Below, piece after piece: positions 24,185 through 36,520 of a DNA stretch of 64,000 nucleotides. The stretch spans positions 7,130,001 through 7,194,000 of the forward strand of contig NC_090348.1 in the NCBI RefSeq assembly GCF_035084215.1. The letters run 5' to 3'. The notes under the pieces were generated by a model, which was not told the origin of the DNA, searched no databases, and worked only from the letters and a program-made list of their open reading frames with translations. Both the position numbers and the translations under genes were made by a program. Numbering within the stretch: the first letter of the stretch is position 1; each line of letters begins with the position of its first letter. This stretch comes from Heptranchias perlo (taxonomy: Eukaryota).

Positions 24185-25665
24185 CTAAAGCAGAGGCAGT
24201 GGAGGGGTCGAGAGAGGTGGTGGTGAGGTAGAGCCGAGCGTCGTCAGCGTACATGTGGAATCTGACGTCGTGTTTTCAGATGATGTCGCCGAGGCGCAGT
24301 GTGTAGATGAGAAATAGGAGGGGACCAAGGATAGATCCTTGGGGAACTCCAGAGGTAACGGCGCAGGAGCAGGAAGAGAAGCCATTGCAGGAGATTCTCT
24401 GGCTACGAATGGATAAATAAGAATGGAACCAGGAGAGGGAACTCCCACCCAGTTGGAAAGACGGAGGAGATGCGTTGGAGGAGGATGGTGTGGTCAACTG
24501 TGTCAAAGGCTGCAGACAGGTCGAGAAGGATGAGGAGGGATAGTTTACCATGGCCACAGTCATAGGATGCCATGTGTGACTTTGATAAGGGTCGTTTCAG
24601 TACTGTGGCAGGGCAGAAACCCGATTGGAGGGATTCAAACATGGAGTTGCGGGAAAGATGGGCACAGATTTGGGAGACAACACATTCATGGACTTGGGAG
24701 AGGAAAGGGAGGTTGGAGATGGTGTGGGAGTTTGCAAGGACAGAGGGGACACGTGTGGGTTTTTTTTGAGGAGGCAGGGTGATGGTGGCAGATTCGAAGG
24801 AGAGGTGGATAGTACCTGAGGAGAGGCAACCATTAACAATATCAGCTAACATGGGGGCCAGGAAGGGAAGTTGGGTGGTCAACAGTTTGGTGGGAATAGG
24901 ATCGAGGGAGCAGGAGGTGGGTCTCATGGACAAGATGAGCTCGGAGAGAGCATGAGGGGAGATAGGAGAGAAACTAGAGAAAGATGTGAGTTTAGGGCTA
25001 GAGCAGGGACCTTATGGGAAGTTTGGCTCGGTGGGCTAGGGGAAGGGAGGGAAGCGGCAGAAGCAGCTGAATGGATGGTCTCAATCTTAGTGACAATGAA
25101 GTCCATGAGCTCCTCGCACTTGTTGGAGGTGAGGGTGGAGGGGACAGGAGAGAGGGGTTTAAGGAGATGAGTGATAGTGGAGAATAGAAGCTGGGGGTTA
25201 TCTTTGCATTCCAGGATGATCCTGGAACAGTGGGCAGTTTTGGCAGAGGAGAGCAGGACCTGATAGTGCTTTATGTGGTCCAGCCAGTTCTGGCGATGAA
25301 TGGCTAAACCAGTCATCCGCTGTAAACGTTCAAGTCTGCGTCCCTTGGACTTAAGGGAGCGAAGATGAGGGCTGTATCGGGGGAACGACCAGGGTGAGAG
25401 AGAGTAATGGGTTTAATGGAGACAAGGGCATCAAAGGTGGAGGTGAGGGTGTGATTGAGTAGATCAGTAGCTGTAGAAATGTCGTGGTGAATGGAGGGCC
25501 AAAAGCTAGACAGTTGGGAATTTGAAAGTGCCGTTGTAAGTGACTTGGGGGAGAGTTTTTCCCAAGGACGGGCACAGAAGGAAGTGGGAAGAGGGATTTG
25601 ATGAGGGGTGAGAGAAAGAAGGAAGTGATCAGAGATGGCCTTATCTGTGATTGACAGTCTATTAT
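24185..25665 (-). mobile_element. L2 LINE ORF2 fragment (APE end, tether, RT), frameshifted
   Basis: [51 protein letters not shown]. Confidence 0.92.
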
Positions 25666-25718
25666 TGAGATTTTTACATAAAAACAAATGATGCACAGAC
25701 TGTGCATCGACAACCTAC

Positions 25719-25746
25719 CTCCACTTCCTGTTCAGTAGCTGAGGCA
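25719..25746 (-). CDS. IRAG2: LRMP/IRAG2 28-nt microexon
   Basis: ttcccccag|TGCC...GAG|gtaggt; (S)ASATEQEVE vs human TSANEKEVE. Confidence 0.88.
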
Positions 25747-25860
25747 CTGGGGGAAAATATACAATGAACTTTAGTTTTGCATATTCCAGAATTGCGAAAA
25801 CAAAACGAACATTACAACACGGATGAAAACAAAGTGAATTAATTTTGCACCAATTCCTAC

Positions 25861-25921
25861 CTCTGTAAGATTGTTCTTTTCAAAAGGTCTCGACATTTAG
25901 AGTCAGGTGACTGAGAAACTC
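25861..25921 (-). CDS. IRAG2: probable LRMP/IRAG2 exon
   Basis: ctctcagcag|GAG...AGAG|gtagga; phase 1-2; VSQSPDSKCRDLLKRTILQ(S); open and phase-compatible. Confidence 0.7.
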
Positions 25922-26181
25922 CTGCTGAGAGAAGGACAATTGATGTTTTTGAAGTATATAAATTACTGTCAGCTGAAACCAAACTACCCAAGTTAAAAGC
26001 CATTTATGACTAAGCTTTGCCATGTAAAAGTTCACCCCATTTTAGGGTTGGTGAGTGGACCAATAAATACAATTACTCTCAGCAGTGACTAAATTAGGAG
26101 ACCTTTAGTTAACTATCCCTGAGTAGGCCCAAAATAGAGTTGAGGGCAAGATAGATCACTGATATTCACTCTGGATCAAAA

Positions 26182-26184
<3 letters not shown>

Positions 26185-26214
<30 letters not shown>
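26185..26214. repeat. (TC)n microsatellite
   Basis: about 15 TC units. Confidence 0.95.
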
Positions 26215-26216
<2 letters not shown>

Positions 26217-26729
26217 GGTGAACAACTTCCCGTAACCCTTGCATCTACTCATTCAGAGTTGGAAATGTCAGGGACTTGCAGATCAAGGTAGGCTATCCCA
26301 ACAATTAGATACTGTGGGAATAACCTTTCCTTGGGCCCCCAATATCAAGCCCAGGTCACCCACAACTGACCGACTGGTGGAGAGAGGGGTAGGGTTAACA
26401 GAGGATGGCTTGGAAAGAAAAGACACTTCCAGAATTATCTCATTCTCAAAACACAGGTTAACAGGTAGATCACTTTCTCTTTACAACTCAGGATGATCCA
26501 TTGTCTCAGCTATCTGCCCTATTGAATTTACTCAGTGTAATGCAATCTGGTAACCATTCAGCAAGAACTGGGTGTTCACAGATACACATGTACCCCCCCC
26601 CCCCTTGCAGTATTGAGATTTACAGATTACAATTTATTCAACCTCAACATATATTTGCATAAGCAGTCATCAAATTTGGGAGGGGGCATTGTGGGGGCAG
26701 GAGGGCAATTTCAACATAATCCTTTAAGA

Positions 26730-27150
26730 GGAATATAGGAACAGGAGGAGGTCATCCAGCTCCCTGAGCCTGTTCCGCCATTCACTTAGGTTATGGTTGA
26801 TCTGCATCTCAACTTCATTTAACAGCTTTTGCTCCGTAACCCTTAATACCTAACAAAAATCTATCGATCTCAGTCTTGAAACTTTTAATTTGACCCCCCC
26901 CAGCCATAACAGCTTTTTGAGAGGGAGTGTTCCCGATTTCCACTAACCTTTGTGTGAAGAAGTGTTTCCTGACATCACCCCTGAACAGCCAACTCTAATT
27001 TTAAGGTTATGCCCCCTTGTTTTGGACTCCCCCACCAAATCCTTTAATCATCTTAAACACCTCAAATCGGATCACCCCTTAATTTACATACTCAAGGGAA
27101 TATAAACTAGTCCATGCAACCTGTCCTCATAATTTAACCCTTTTAGCCCC
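26730..27150 (-). mobile_element. CR1 3' fragment
   Basis: Reverse CR1 tail GGAACAGGAGGAGGTCATCCAGCTCCCTGAGCCTGTTCCGCCATTC; FFTQR-like remnant. Confidence 0.75.
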
Positions 27151-27289
27151 AAGACCATGTTGCAAGAGACTTACGTTCAGGATCCCAGATGAGGCAAATA
27201 AATCTCAAAAGATCGGCTATGTCTTCTTGTAGCCGGGTAAATATTAAGGGCTTCTGTCAAGCTGTGTGGACTTGACGATTAATACTTAC

Positions 27290-27322
27290 TAAGTGGTCTA
27301 CTTAGAGGTGATTCATCCACTT
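27290..27322 (-). CDS. IRAG2: candidate LRMP/IRAG2 33-nt exon
   Basis: cttcaaag|AAGTG...CTTA|gtaagt; phase 1-1; (E)VDESPLSRPL. Confidence 0.55.
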
Positions 27323-27579
27323 CTTTGAAGTAACATTAGGATGTACAACAATGGTCATGTTGTAGGTATCGACCAGTGGAGTCTGCTTCTCGCCAGCAGT
27401 TAAATTAAATCAGGAAAGAAAATATGGAACTTTTGTTTTTGTCCCCATTAACCAAAAGTTCTTGAGTAGAGGAATCCCAAGAACTAGGAGGACATTGTTA
27501 ACCAAGGCTAGGGGTGGCAAATCGTCTGGCCAGGTTGTAAATAACTGTTAAACCTTTAATCTAGGTAATGAACAAAATC

Positions 27580-27858
27580 TGAATCTCTGCGTTCCTTCAA
27601 TTCTGGCCTCGTGCATCCCGATTTCCTTCGCCCCACCATTGGTGGCCGTGCCTTCAGCTGTGTAGGCCCCAAGCTCTGGAATTCCCTCCATAAACCTCTC
27701 TCTCCTCCTTTAAGACCTCTTTGGCTAAGCTTTTGGCCACTTGTCCTGATATCTCCTAATGTGGCTCGGTGCCAATTTTTTGTTTGATAACACTCCTGAA
27801 AACTGCCTTGGGAGGTTTTACTACGTTAAAGGCTCTACATAAATGCAAGTTGTCGTCA
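27580..27858 (+). mobile_element. L2 3' end
   Basis: IGGRAFSCVGPKLWNSLH remnant and TACTACGTTAAAGGCTCTACATAAATGCAAGTTG tail. Confidence 0.8.
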
Positions 27859-27905
27859 TTGAAGCAAAGACAGAAAATGCTGGAAGGTCCATCTTTAAAT
27901 CTCAC

Positions 27906-27993
27906 CTTCAACACTACTAAATGGACTGCCACGGCTGACTTGTAATTCACTTGGGCTAAATTCATCTACAGCCACAGAGCCCCTAGTCGCTTC
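27906..27993 (-). CDS. IRAG2: probable LRMP/IRAG2 exon
   Basis: ccctcctgctatatttag|GAA...GAAG|gtgaga; phase 0-1; EATRGSVAVDEFSPSELQVSRGSPFSSVE. Confidence 0.7.
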
Positions 27994-28384
27994 CTAAATA
28001 TAGCAGGAGGGAAAAGAGGCCGTTAAAGAGTATCGTATACAGCCAGTAATTCAGCTGATCACTATGCGGATGTGAAAACACAGCATTTATATATTTTAAA
28101 AAAAAACCAATACTATTGTTTACAATCATGGAGCAGTTTACCCAATGACAGGATTTTAAAAAAAATGTCTGTCCATCCCATCCCATTGTAAGGGTAAACG
28201 AGTCTCAGTGGAGACAGTCATGAGAACACTGGAAGAAAGTGGAATAGGAGAGAGGGGGGGAACTTAGCCATGTGCCATAATGTAATGTATTTGTTAGAAA
28301 GGTGCATTAAATTTCAGCATCAACACCTCTGCCAATCTCAGCACTGTTTAGTTTGAGCAATTCAAAGAACAAACCAAGGAACAG

Positions 28385-29015
28385 AGGGAGGTGGAGGGAA
28401 TTCCAGAGCATGGGGCTTAGACGGCTGAAGGCACAGCTACCAGTGTCGGGGCGAAAGGGGAGTTGATGCACAAGAGGCTGAAGTCAGATGAGTGGAGTGT
28501 TTCGGGGGGGTGGGGGTAAGAAGGTGGTTGTAGAGGTGGAGGAGGTTACAGATAGGGAGGGGCAAGGCCACGGAAGGATTTAAACACGAGGATGAGAATT
28601 TTAAATTTGAGACGTTGGTAGACTTAGAGTCAAGCTAGGTCAGTGAGGATAGGAATGATGGGTGAGCAGGCCTTATTATGGGATAAGAGATTGGCGGCAG
28701 ATTTTTGGATGAGCTGAAGTTTCCAGACTTCAGAGGATGGCAAGCCAGTCAGGAGAGGATTGGAATAGTTGAGCCTGGAGGTGACAAAGGCATGGTTGCG
28801 GGTTTCAGCAGGTGAGCTGAAGCAGGAGCGCAGATGGGCGATGTAATGGAGGTAGAAGTAGGCGATCTTTGTGACATAGGTGATGGAGGTCAGAAGCCCA
28901 GGTCAGGGTCGAATAGGATGCTGAGGTTGCAACCAGTCTGGTTCAACCTTGGTCGATGGCTGTTTTAAAAGGGAGGGGGGACAGTACCTGAGGAGAGACC
29001 ACCATTTACAATGTC
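28385..29015 (-). mobile_element. L2 fragment
   Basis: Similar to 1775-2450 and 37985-38550. Confidence 0.7.
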
Positions 29016-29156
29016 ATCAACCACATGCCATATAAGTGACATTTTATGCAGGATACAATTAGGTTCATTTATAAAATATTGGGTTTCCAAAACATCCAAG
29101 TATTTGGAACGCCACAGGTACAAATAGTGGCCTTCGTTAAATGCGTATTTTCATAC

Positions 29157-29254
29157 CAAGTTAACTTTAAATTTATTGCTTGAATCCGGTTGATGTTTAT
29201 TGGAGGTACGAAGCTCAGAGATGAGCTGACTGGCAGCTGTAGGAAGTGGGCCAT
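29157..29254 (-). CDS. IRAG2: probable LRMP/IRAG2 exon
   Basis: tatttccacag|ATGG...TTG|gtatga; phase 1-0; (D)GPLPTAASQLISELRTSNKHQPDSSNKFKVNL. Confidence 0.65.
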
Positions 29255-29629
29255 CTGTGGAAATAGAACTTGAGTCAATTCTGCACAACCATCACTTTCA
29301 GCGAACATTACATTTTTGTTGCAGAAAGAAACCCTGCAAGAATCTCTCACCTCAGTTTCACACAAACCCAAAGCTTTCGTAATTCATATTTGACTTGGCA
29401 TTGGGCACAATGACAGTAGAAATTGGGGGACTTTTTTTTTAAAACACGACCCTCTGTTGAGACGTTTAAACTCTTAAAAAAATCAGGCCTGCATGCACAT
29501 GCGAACTGCTAAGGGCTTCTTTTTCAAGTATACAAAATCTTACTCAAGTTGACTTAACGGTAGAAAGACATTTAAGGACTGATAGTTTGAAGTCTGCAGA
29601 TTTAATATACTGAAAAAAAGGCCATATCA

Positions 29630-29885
29630 AATTACACAGAATTTGCAGCACAAGAACAGACCATTCCACCCAACTGGTCTATACCAGTGTTTATGCTCCA
29701 AACAAGCCTCCTCCCACCCTACTTCATCTAACCCTATCTGCACATTTTTCTATTCCTTTCTCCCTCGTGTTTATCTAGCCTCCCCTTAAATGTATCTATT
29801 CTATTCATCTCAACTACTTCATGCGTTAGCAAGTTTCACATTCTAACCATTCTATGGGTAAAGAAGATTCTCCTGAATTCTTTAC
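29630..29885 (-). mobile_element. CR1 3' end
   Basis: Same subfamily as 6165-6400. Confidence 0.75.
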
Positions 29886-29964
29886 CTGAATGGCATTAAT
29901 ACACGCTGTTAACTGCTTACACATGTCAATATATCTAAAATAATGTAAACTAAGAACGACCTAC

Positions 29965-30096
29965 CTGAGGGGCCATCTTTAATTATGCCACACATATTGA
30001 CATTGCTTTCGCTAACTACGTCGAGTGTTTTTATGGCTTCCTGCAGCTGCAAGCCATCATCAGGTTGTTTTGTGGAAGTATCAGAGGCACTGGATC
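29965..30096 (-). CDS. IRAG2: probable LRMP/IRAG2 exon
   Basis: gcttgaagcag|GATCC...TCAG|gtaggt; phase 1-1; SSASDTSTKQPDDGLQLQEAIKTLDVVSESNVNMCGIIKDGPS. Confidence 0.7.
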
Positions 30097-30196
30097 CTGC
30101 TTCAAGCACAGAAGAAGTCAACCTCATGCAAAAGGTAATGGGTTACCACATATTTCATAAAAGCATTTACAACCGTAGATGCTTGGAGTTGCTTAC

Positions 30197-30264
30197 CTGA
30201 CATCGTGGAGCTCTCCAGCGTAACAATACAAGTTGCGTTTGACTGGATGTGTTTGAGGTTTTCA
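30197..30264 (-). CDS. IRAG2: probable LRMP/IRAG2 exon
   Basis: cattttccag|TGAA...TCAG|gtaagc; phase 2-1; ENLKHIQSNATCIVTLESSTMS. Confidence 0.65.
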
Positions 30265-30384
30265 CTGGAAAATGATTCAGTTACATGGTTATTTCTGGGT
30301 GCTAAAGTAATGTAGAAATTTAATATGATTTGTGGATTCTTAAAAAAAAAAGTCAAACCCCATCAGTAGGAAACCAGGTCTTAC

Positions 30385-30431
30385 CTGAGTCGAAGCAAAT
30401 CGCTGCCAGCCACTTCCTCACCAGCAGGTGC
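30385..30431 (-). CDS. IRAG2: probable LRMP/IRAG2 exon
   Basis: ttctgtatag|GCA...TCAG|gtaaga; phase 0-2; APAGEEVAGSDLLRL(S). Confidence 0.65.
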
Positions 30432-30824
30432 CTATACAGAAAACATCAGTACAAAATTTCAATAATCCAATTTTAATATTCCAATAATCTAGCTCATTTT
30501 CTCCATTTTTATCCTATTCACTTTTCCTGAAGGTGGTGGAGTAATGGTCCAGAGACCAGTAACCACCGCCTGCTTTGTGCAAGCCTAGATTGAGTATAGG
30601 CTGCTGGTTTCACCACAGTAGGGTTTTGCCCACCCAAGGCCCAATCCTACCCTCAGCTGAACTTCACACATGTGCTTTGCAGCTAAAAACAACAGGCGGT
30701 TAGAGGGTGGGAGAGCAATTTTGCCTTCGTAACTGGGAATCTTGGCTGATATGGTTTGTCCCTTCACCAGTCCGGGGGTATGTGAGCCAATTACACCATC
30801 CCCAATGCCCCATACAAGCAATCT

Positions 30825-31250
30825 AACAACAAATTGCATTTATATAACATCTTTAACGTAGTAAAACGTCCCAAGGGGCTTCACAGGAGCGATTATGAAA
30901 CAAAATTTGACACCATGTCACCTAAGAGAGAAGGACAGGTGACCAAAAGCTTGGTCAAAGAGGCAGGTTTCAAGGAGAGTCTTAAAATAGGACAAATGTG
31001 GAGATTTATAGGGAGGGAATTCCAGAGCTTAGGGCCCAGGCAGCTGAAGGCACAGCCACCAATAGTGGAGCGATTAAAATCGGGGACGCGCAAGAGGCCA
31101 GCATCAGAGGAGCACGGAGATCTCGGAGGGTTGTAGGAGGTTACGGAGATAGGGAGAGGGTGAAGCCATGGAGGGATTTGAAAACAAAGAATTTTAAAAT
31201 CGAGGCGTTGTCAGACGAGAAGCCAATGTAGGTCAGTGTGCACAGGGGAC
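30825..31250 (-). mobile_element. L2 3' end
   Basis: STIGGCAFSCLGPKLWNSLP; L2 tail. Confidence 0.82.
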
Positions 31251-31740
31251 AGACCAGGAACCACACTGGTCAGTGCATTTAATGGTCGAGTCAGCCATCA
31301 AGAAGTTTTGAGCACACTTCCAAATAGACACTTTTCACAATGCGAAATTGGACTGCTAAAATTATAAAATTTCAAACATTAAGGTAAAAGATTCCAGGCT
31401 TTACACAGATTTAAAAAAAAACTTTTCCATACTTATGGCGAGTTTCATTAAAGGGGTCGCTTATTCTAGAGGCTTTTAGATAATTCAGGTTTGCATGCTG
31501 GCTGTTGCCCATTGGCTGGGAGGGCTCTTCAAATACTGGCTATTCTTCTGGGGCCAGGAAACCACACAGAATAGTTCAACGTACCATGCAAAGTAAACCA
31601 GAATCCCATCACTATGTTTAAGAGTCTCCAAACCATGCAACTGAGAAATCAACACAGATGGGAGCTTCGATATGTACAGCACGCACTCTCCCCATAAGAA
31701 CACATCCCACTGTGCTCAAGTCCAGAATGCAAATGTGTGA

Positions 31741-32175
31741 AAAGATCTTGCATTTATAAACCACCTTTCACAACCTCAGGACGTCTCAAAGCATTTACAG
31801 CCGATGAAGTATTTTTGAAGTGTAGTCACTGTTGTAATGTAGGAAACGCAGTAGCCAATTTGTGCACAGTAATGTGGTAACGACCAGTTCATCTGTTTTT
31901 AGTGATGTTGGTTGAGGGATAAATATTGGCCCCGACACCGGGGTGAGCTCCCGTGCTCTTCTTTCAAATGGTGCCATAGGATCTTTTACATCCACCTGAG
32001 GGGGCAGACTGGGCCTCGGTTTAATGTCTCATCCGAAGGACAGCACCTCCGACAGTGCAGCACTCCCTCAGTACTGGATTAAAGTGTCAGCCTAGATTAT
32101 GTGCTCAAGTCACTGGAGTGGGACTTGATCCCATGACCTTCTGACTCAGAGGCGAGAGTGCTACCACTGAGCCAC
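31741..32175 (-). mobile_element. DeuSINE, near full length
   Basis: head, Deu-domain and tail as at 2452-2906. Confidence 0.87.
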
Positions 32176-32872
32176 GACATGGGGGGAAACCCCCCCTCAT
32201 CTAATGTGTGTAAGGGTACTATGGGAGTTCCTAACAAGCTAAACTCATACTGATTATCCTTCCAGAGCATTGATAAGGTCCTGCTGGAACCACTCTACCT
32301 ATGAAGGACATTGGTTTGCAGGGTGACCGAGAGCTGAGCCCCCGTGACAGGTCTACCCCTCTAGGGCCCGTTAATTGGACACACTATGCTGGTTAAGCAT
32401 CAGCAGTGCCAGAGTGCTATGGACCTGCCACCTCAGGTCACCAAAATTGCCATGTTGGGTTATTGGGATTCCAATCTTCCGTAATCAGCTGTGTCATTTT
32501 GAGGTGAACTTGACCCAAAAGAGACTCTGTTTAGTTCCTCTCCCCCAAAAAGGATGGACACTAATTAGTTACTAGACAACAGCAGCAACGTGAGTCCCAG
32601 TGACGGGCTCCTGCCGCCTGATATCCCACTCTTGTCCGCCAGCCTCCACATCTGGTTTGGGTGGGAGTCAGTGTTATCAGATTTAAATGAGGCCCAGGAG
32701 TTAAAATGACCTTGGCCTCAGGCTTGCACGACCGTGCGAGCCTATTGCTTGCTTCAGCACCACCTCCTCTCCCCCCCCCTCCCCACTTAAAATCGGGGCT
32801 ATTACAGCTAGCTAGGTCACTTTAAAGGGGCAGTCCTCCAATGCTGCTCCAGCAAACAACCAAAAGAGCAGC

Positions 32873-35387
32873 ATGGAGCAGACCAGGGGAAAAGCTGCTC
32901 CCAGGTTTAATGATGCCTCACTCCAGGTGTTACTGGATGGGGTGAGGAGGAGGAGAGAGATATTCTACCAAGCCGAGGGGAGGACGTGGCCTGCCTCTGT
33001 CACCAAGAAGGCCTGGCTCGAGGTGGCAGAGGAGGTCACCAGCAGCAGCGACGTCTCCCGCAGCTGGATCCAGTGCAGGAAGCACTTCAGTGACCTAACT
33101 AGGTCAGCCGAAGTGAGCACACTTACTCATTCTCCTACACTCCATCTTCCATATCACCGCCCCCACCCCACAACTCCTTCTGCACTGCCAACACTACTCT
33201 ATCACATCACTCCTCGCACCCACTCAAACCTCATCCTCAACTTACCTGCACTTACTCACCTCCCCAGTACTCATCCCACCACTACCACTCAACCCAATCC
33301 TCATACAATGTCGTGGCTCTGTCTCATACTCACCCTCTGATGCATCTCTTTCACGGTCAGCCTCACCCAAACCAATGCATTCAGCGATTGGCCACATCAC
33401 CATCCCTCACTCACGCCTCTCTACTTTCTCCCCTTATAGGAGAAGAGAGCCCAGAATGCATGGGAGAGGGCGAAGACCGGAGGGGGGGCTTCATAATCTG
33501 GTGGTCCTCACGGACACGGAGCAGGAGGCTCTCTAATTGAGCCGCACCCTCGAGTGCCTGTCTGTGGGGGACGCCGAGACTGCTGACGATCCGGATTCTT
33601 TCCCCTCAGTCTGGTTCAGTAATAACTGAAGTCGAGTACATTTTAAAGTTCAGCACAACTTTAATAGCAGGGTTCTTAGTCTGCAGCATTGATTTGGACT
33701 CCTGATAGAGTCCCTCTATGCTGGCAGAGCAAGAACAACAACATACAGAAATCCACACGTTTTTATACAAATCAATAGGGTTGGAACATACTTAACGAGG
33801 GTCAACACCAATCATAAGCCGGGCATAGGTTGCCATGCGAGGTTACATTATTTCCGGCCAATCATAAATAATCATGTGCTGACCATGTTGCTGTTAGACA
33901 TCAAAGGGGATACTTCCTCATCTTCCAACTTGGAATGTTCTTCCCTGTCCCTTCTATTCCTTATCTCCCAACCTGGAATGTCTTTCAACTTTGGCTAAGC
34001 TCGTTACCTATATTGATCTGCCATAAACATGGAGACATTCAGACCAGTCCTTGACTCACATCAAAGACCTATCATTGATAAGACAATGCAGGCCTGCTGA
34101 CTACGCAAACATATGGCCCAGCAGGAGGGCCAGGCCACCTGTACCAATCTCAGTTACTAACTAATTAACCCTTTCTAACCATTTTGCATTCTGCTTCTTT
34201 GCCACGTAGGCATCTTAATATTTTACCGAAAACTGACCACGTAGGGATTCTCACTGCCACCCGACAAACGGCTGGTGACAGAACTTTAACATTCAGCACT
34301 CAATAGCAAATGATGTTAAAATGCCTTGCTATCTTCAGCACCTCAACATCTGTCATCATGCTTAATATTGCCTTCTGTTCTTTTACAGGGCCTTCAGCGA
34401 CTGCCGTGACGGCGGAGGGCGATTCCTCAGAGGACCTGCCGGCCTCTGAGGGGGCACCGTCACATCTGAGCGAGCCATCCACCAGTACAGATACACACAC
34501 CTTGGTGGGTCCCATCCTCAGTTAGTTGGGGTCGCACATGGTGAGTCACCACACACGTGAGCACGAGCAAACACTGGTGGCAGGGGCAGCTGTGGAGAGT
34601 CCAGGTTGGTGGGAGCACTCTTCTGCAGGCTGTGCTCAGCTGGACACAGATGCTGAACCCTGGGGGCCATCCATGAAAAGGAGAATGATTGAGGGGCAGC
34701 AGCACATTTGCGAGGTGCTGGAACAGGTGCCACACGCGCTCTCCACAATCGTAGAGGATGGAGGAGTCCAACTCCTGCATGAGTGGAATGGTGGCACAGG
34801 TACAGGAGGGGATCTCCGAAATACTGTCACAGGGACGTGAGGGCATCTCTAAGATAGTGTCGCAGGTAAGTGCGGGAATGTCTGCGATGGAGGGAAGGCT
34901 AGCCTCCATCGAGCGTCAAGCACGGCTCAACAATGAGGCCACTGAGACCCTGACAATAGCCGTTCGGACTCAGTGTGAGCAACTTTCGGCCGCCTTAAAC
35001 AGGTAGGCAGAGAAACCAGCACTGGCCTTACAAGGCTTCACACATGTCCTCCAAACTGTCATCCAGCAGAGCGGTAGGAGTGATGTGGGCCTGGTCCAGG
35101 AGAGGGATATTGGCGAAAGGGGACATGGAAGTGGGGATGCTATGCAAAGCCCTTCCACGTCTCACCCGTTGCCCCCCTCTCAACCAGTACCCGAGTCTGC
35201 CCCTGCACAGGTGCAGGTGGAGCAGTCTTTGGAGGGGCCCTCGTGGGCACCGAAACCCAGAGGGCATCGGCCCAAAGCATCTAATCGGTCAGGGCATGAA
35301 CAAGAGCAACCTGCCACTACCTCTGCTGCAGCCACAGGGGATGCACCACATAGGAGTAGTTGGAAGCGTAAGGCAAATATTTTGTGA
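32873..35387 (+). pseudogene. Harbinger Myb/SANT DNA-binding protein gene (spliced, disrupted)
   Basis: APRFNDASLQVLLDGV..AWLEVAEEV..RSWIQCRKHFSDL; donor GTGAGC near 33113; acceptor ttatag|GAGAAG (EKRAQNA..KTGGG) near 33440; later exon from ~34390; frameshifts and an LTR insertion. Confidence 0.8.
33584..34253 (-). mobile_element. solo LTR (670 bp)
   Basis: TG...CA ends with imperfect terminal inverted repeat (TGACGATCC/GGATTCTCA), 4-bp TSD CTGC (33580-83, 34254-57), minus-strand TATAAAA at 33761-67 and ATTAAA at 33660-65. Confidence 0.8.
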
Positions 35388-35691
35388 GCACAAAGGGTCG
35401 CACAAGGGTGTTTGACGCTTTGTCATGTTTTTTTTGTGTTTATATTTGATTTTTTTTCCACACTCAATAAATCTGATCACCACCACTACTGCCACATCTT
35501 GCCCATTCTTGACTGGCTTGTGCAATAACTCCCTTTCATGAGGTTCACCATGAACACCCACATTGGGTCACTCTACAGTGGGCGTATGTGTAGTTGCAGG
35601 ACTGTTTTGTGGAGGGGGGGGGGTGCGGGGGGCTGGTGTGGTCGCTGCTCTGTCCAGGTGGTGAGGGCTGGACTCTCCACACCGTCTGATG

Positions 35692-36520
35692 TTAGGAGAA
35701 CCGTTTACATATCAGTGACTCCCTGGCCTCACGAGCAGCCAGGTGAGCCGCTGTTCTGCCCATGGGTTGCTCCTCCTCCTCTGCCTCCTCCTCAATGTGA
35801 GTGGCAGATGTGGATGGGGCCTCCTCCAGCGGCACCTCTCTCTTGTGCAGGGCACAGACGACTATAATGCGTCGCACTCTGTCTGGTGCGTATTGAAGCT
35901 CTCCCCCAGAACGATCAAGGCACCTGAAGCGCATCTTGAGCAGCCCTATAGCATGCTCAATTGTAGACCTGGTAGTAATGTGGCTGTCGTTATATCGACG
36001 CTATTGCTCAGTGATGAGGTTCCTCAGAGGCGTCATGAGCCATGTGGCTGAGGAGCCAGCCCTTGCGAGTATTCGATGCGTGGAAGAGGGGCGGGATGTT
36101 GGACTCGCGGAGGATGAAGGAATCGTGGCAGCTGCCAGGGTATCTGGCGCACACGTGAAGGAATCTCTTGCGGTGGTCACAAACGAGCTGAGTGTTGATG
36201 GAGTGATAGCCCTTCCTGTTGACGAACAGTCCTGGCTCGTGTGGAGGTGCTCGTATTGCTATATGGGTGTAATTGATTACACCCTGCACCCGTGGGAAGC
36301 CAGCCACAGCGTGGAATCCCACTGCCCTCTCCGTCTGGCTGAGGTCATCCATGGGGAAGTTGACACAGTGCGAGGCCCTGCAAAACAAGCCGTCAGTGAC
36401 CTGCCTGATGCACTTGTGTGCAGACGACTGAGAGACCCCGGCGATGTCCCTGGTGGCACCCTGGAATGATCCGGAGGCAAAGTAGTTGAGGGCAGTGGTG
36501 ACTTTGACAGCGACCGATAA
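35692..36520 (-). pseudogene. Harbinger transposase (HARBI1-like), 5'-truncated and frameshifted
   Basis: GFPRVQGVINYTHIAI..FVNRKGYHSINTQLVCDH..YPGSCHDSFIL; RFRCLDRSGGELQYAP. Confidence 0.88.

Noticed and set aside
27174-27254. Open segment ending in a strong GTAAGT donor
   Set aside because: Would need a ~36-nt intron after the 27290 exon, too short for vertebrate splicing.
31433-31539. Exon-like phase 0-2 segment
   Set aside because: Weak acceptor and donor; incompatible with including both the 30385-30431 and 30197-30264 exons; unresolved without RNA data.
35692-36520. Domesticated HARBI1 or NAIF1/MSANTD host genes
   Set aside because: Frameshifted, truncated, paired convergently as in a transposon, and intronic.
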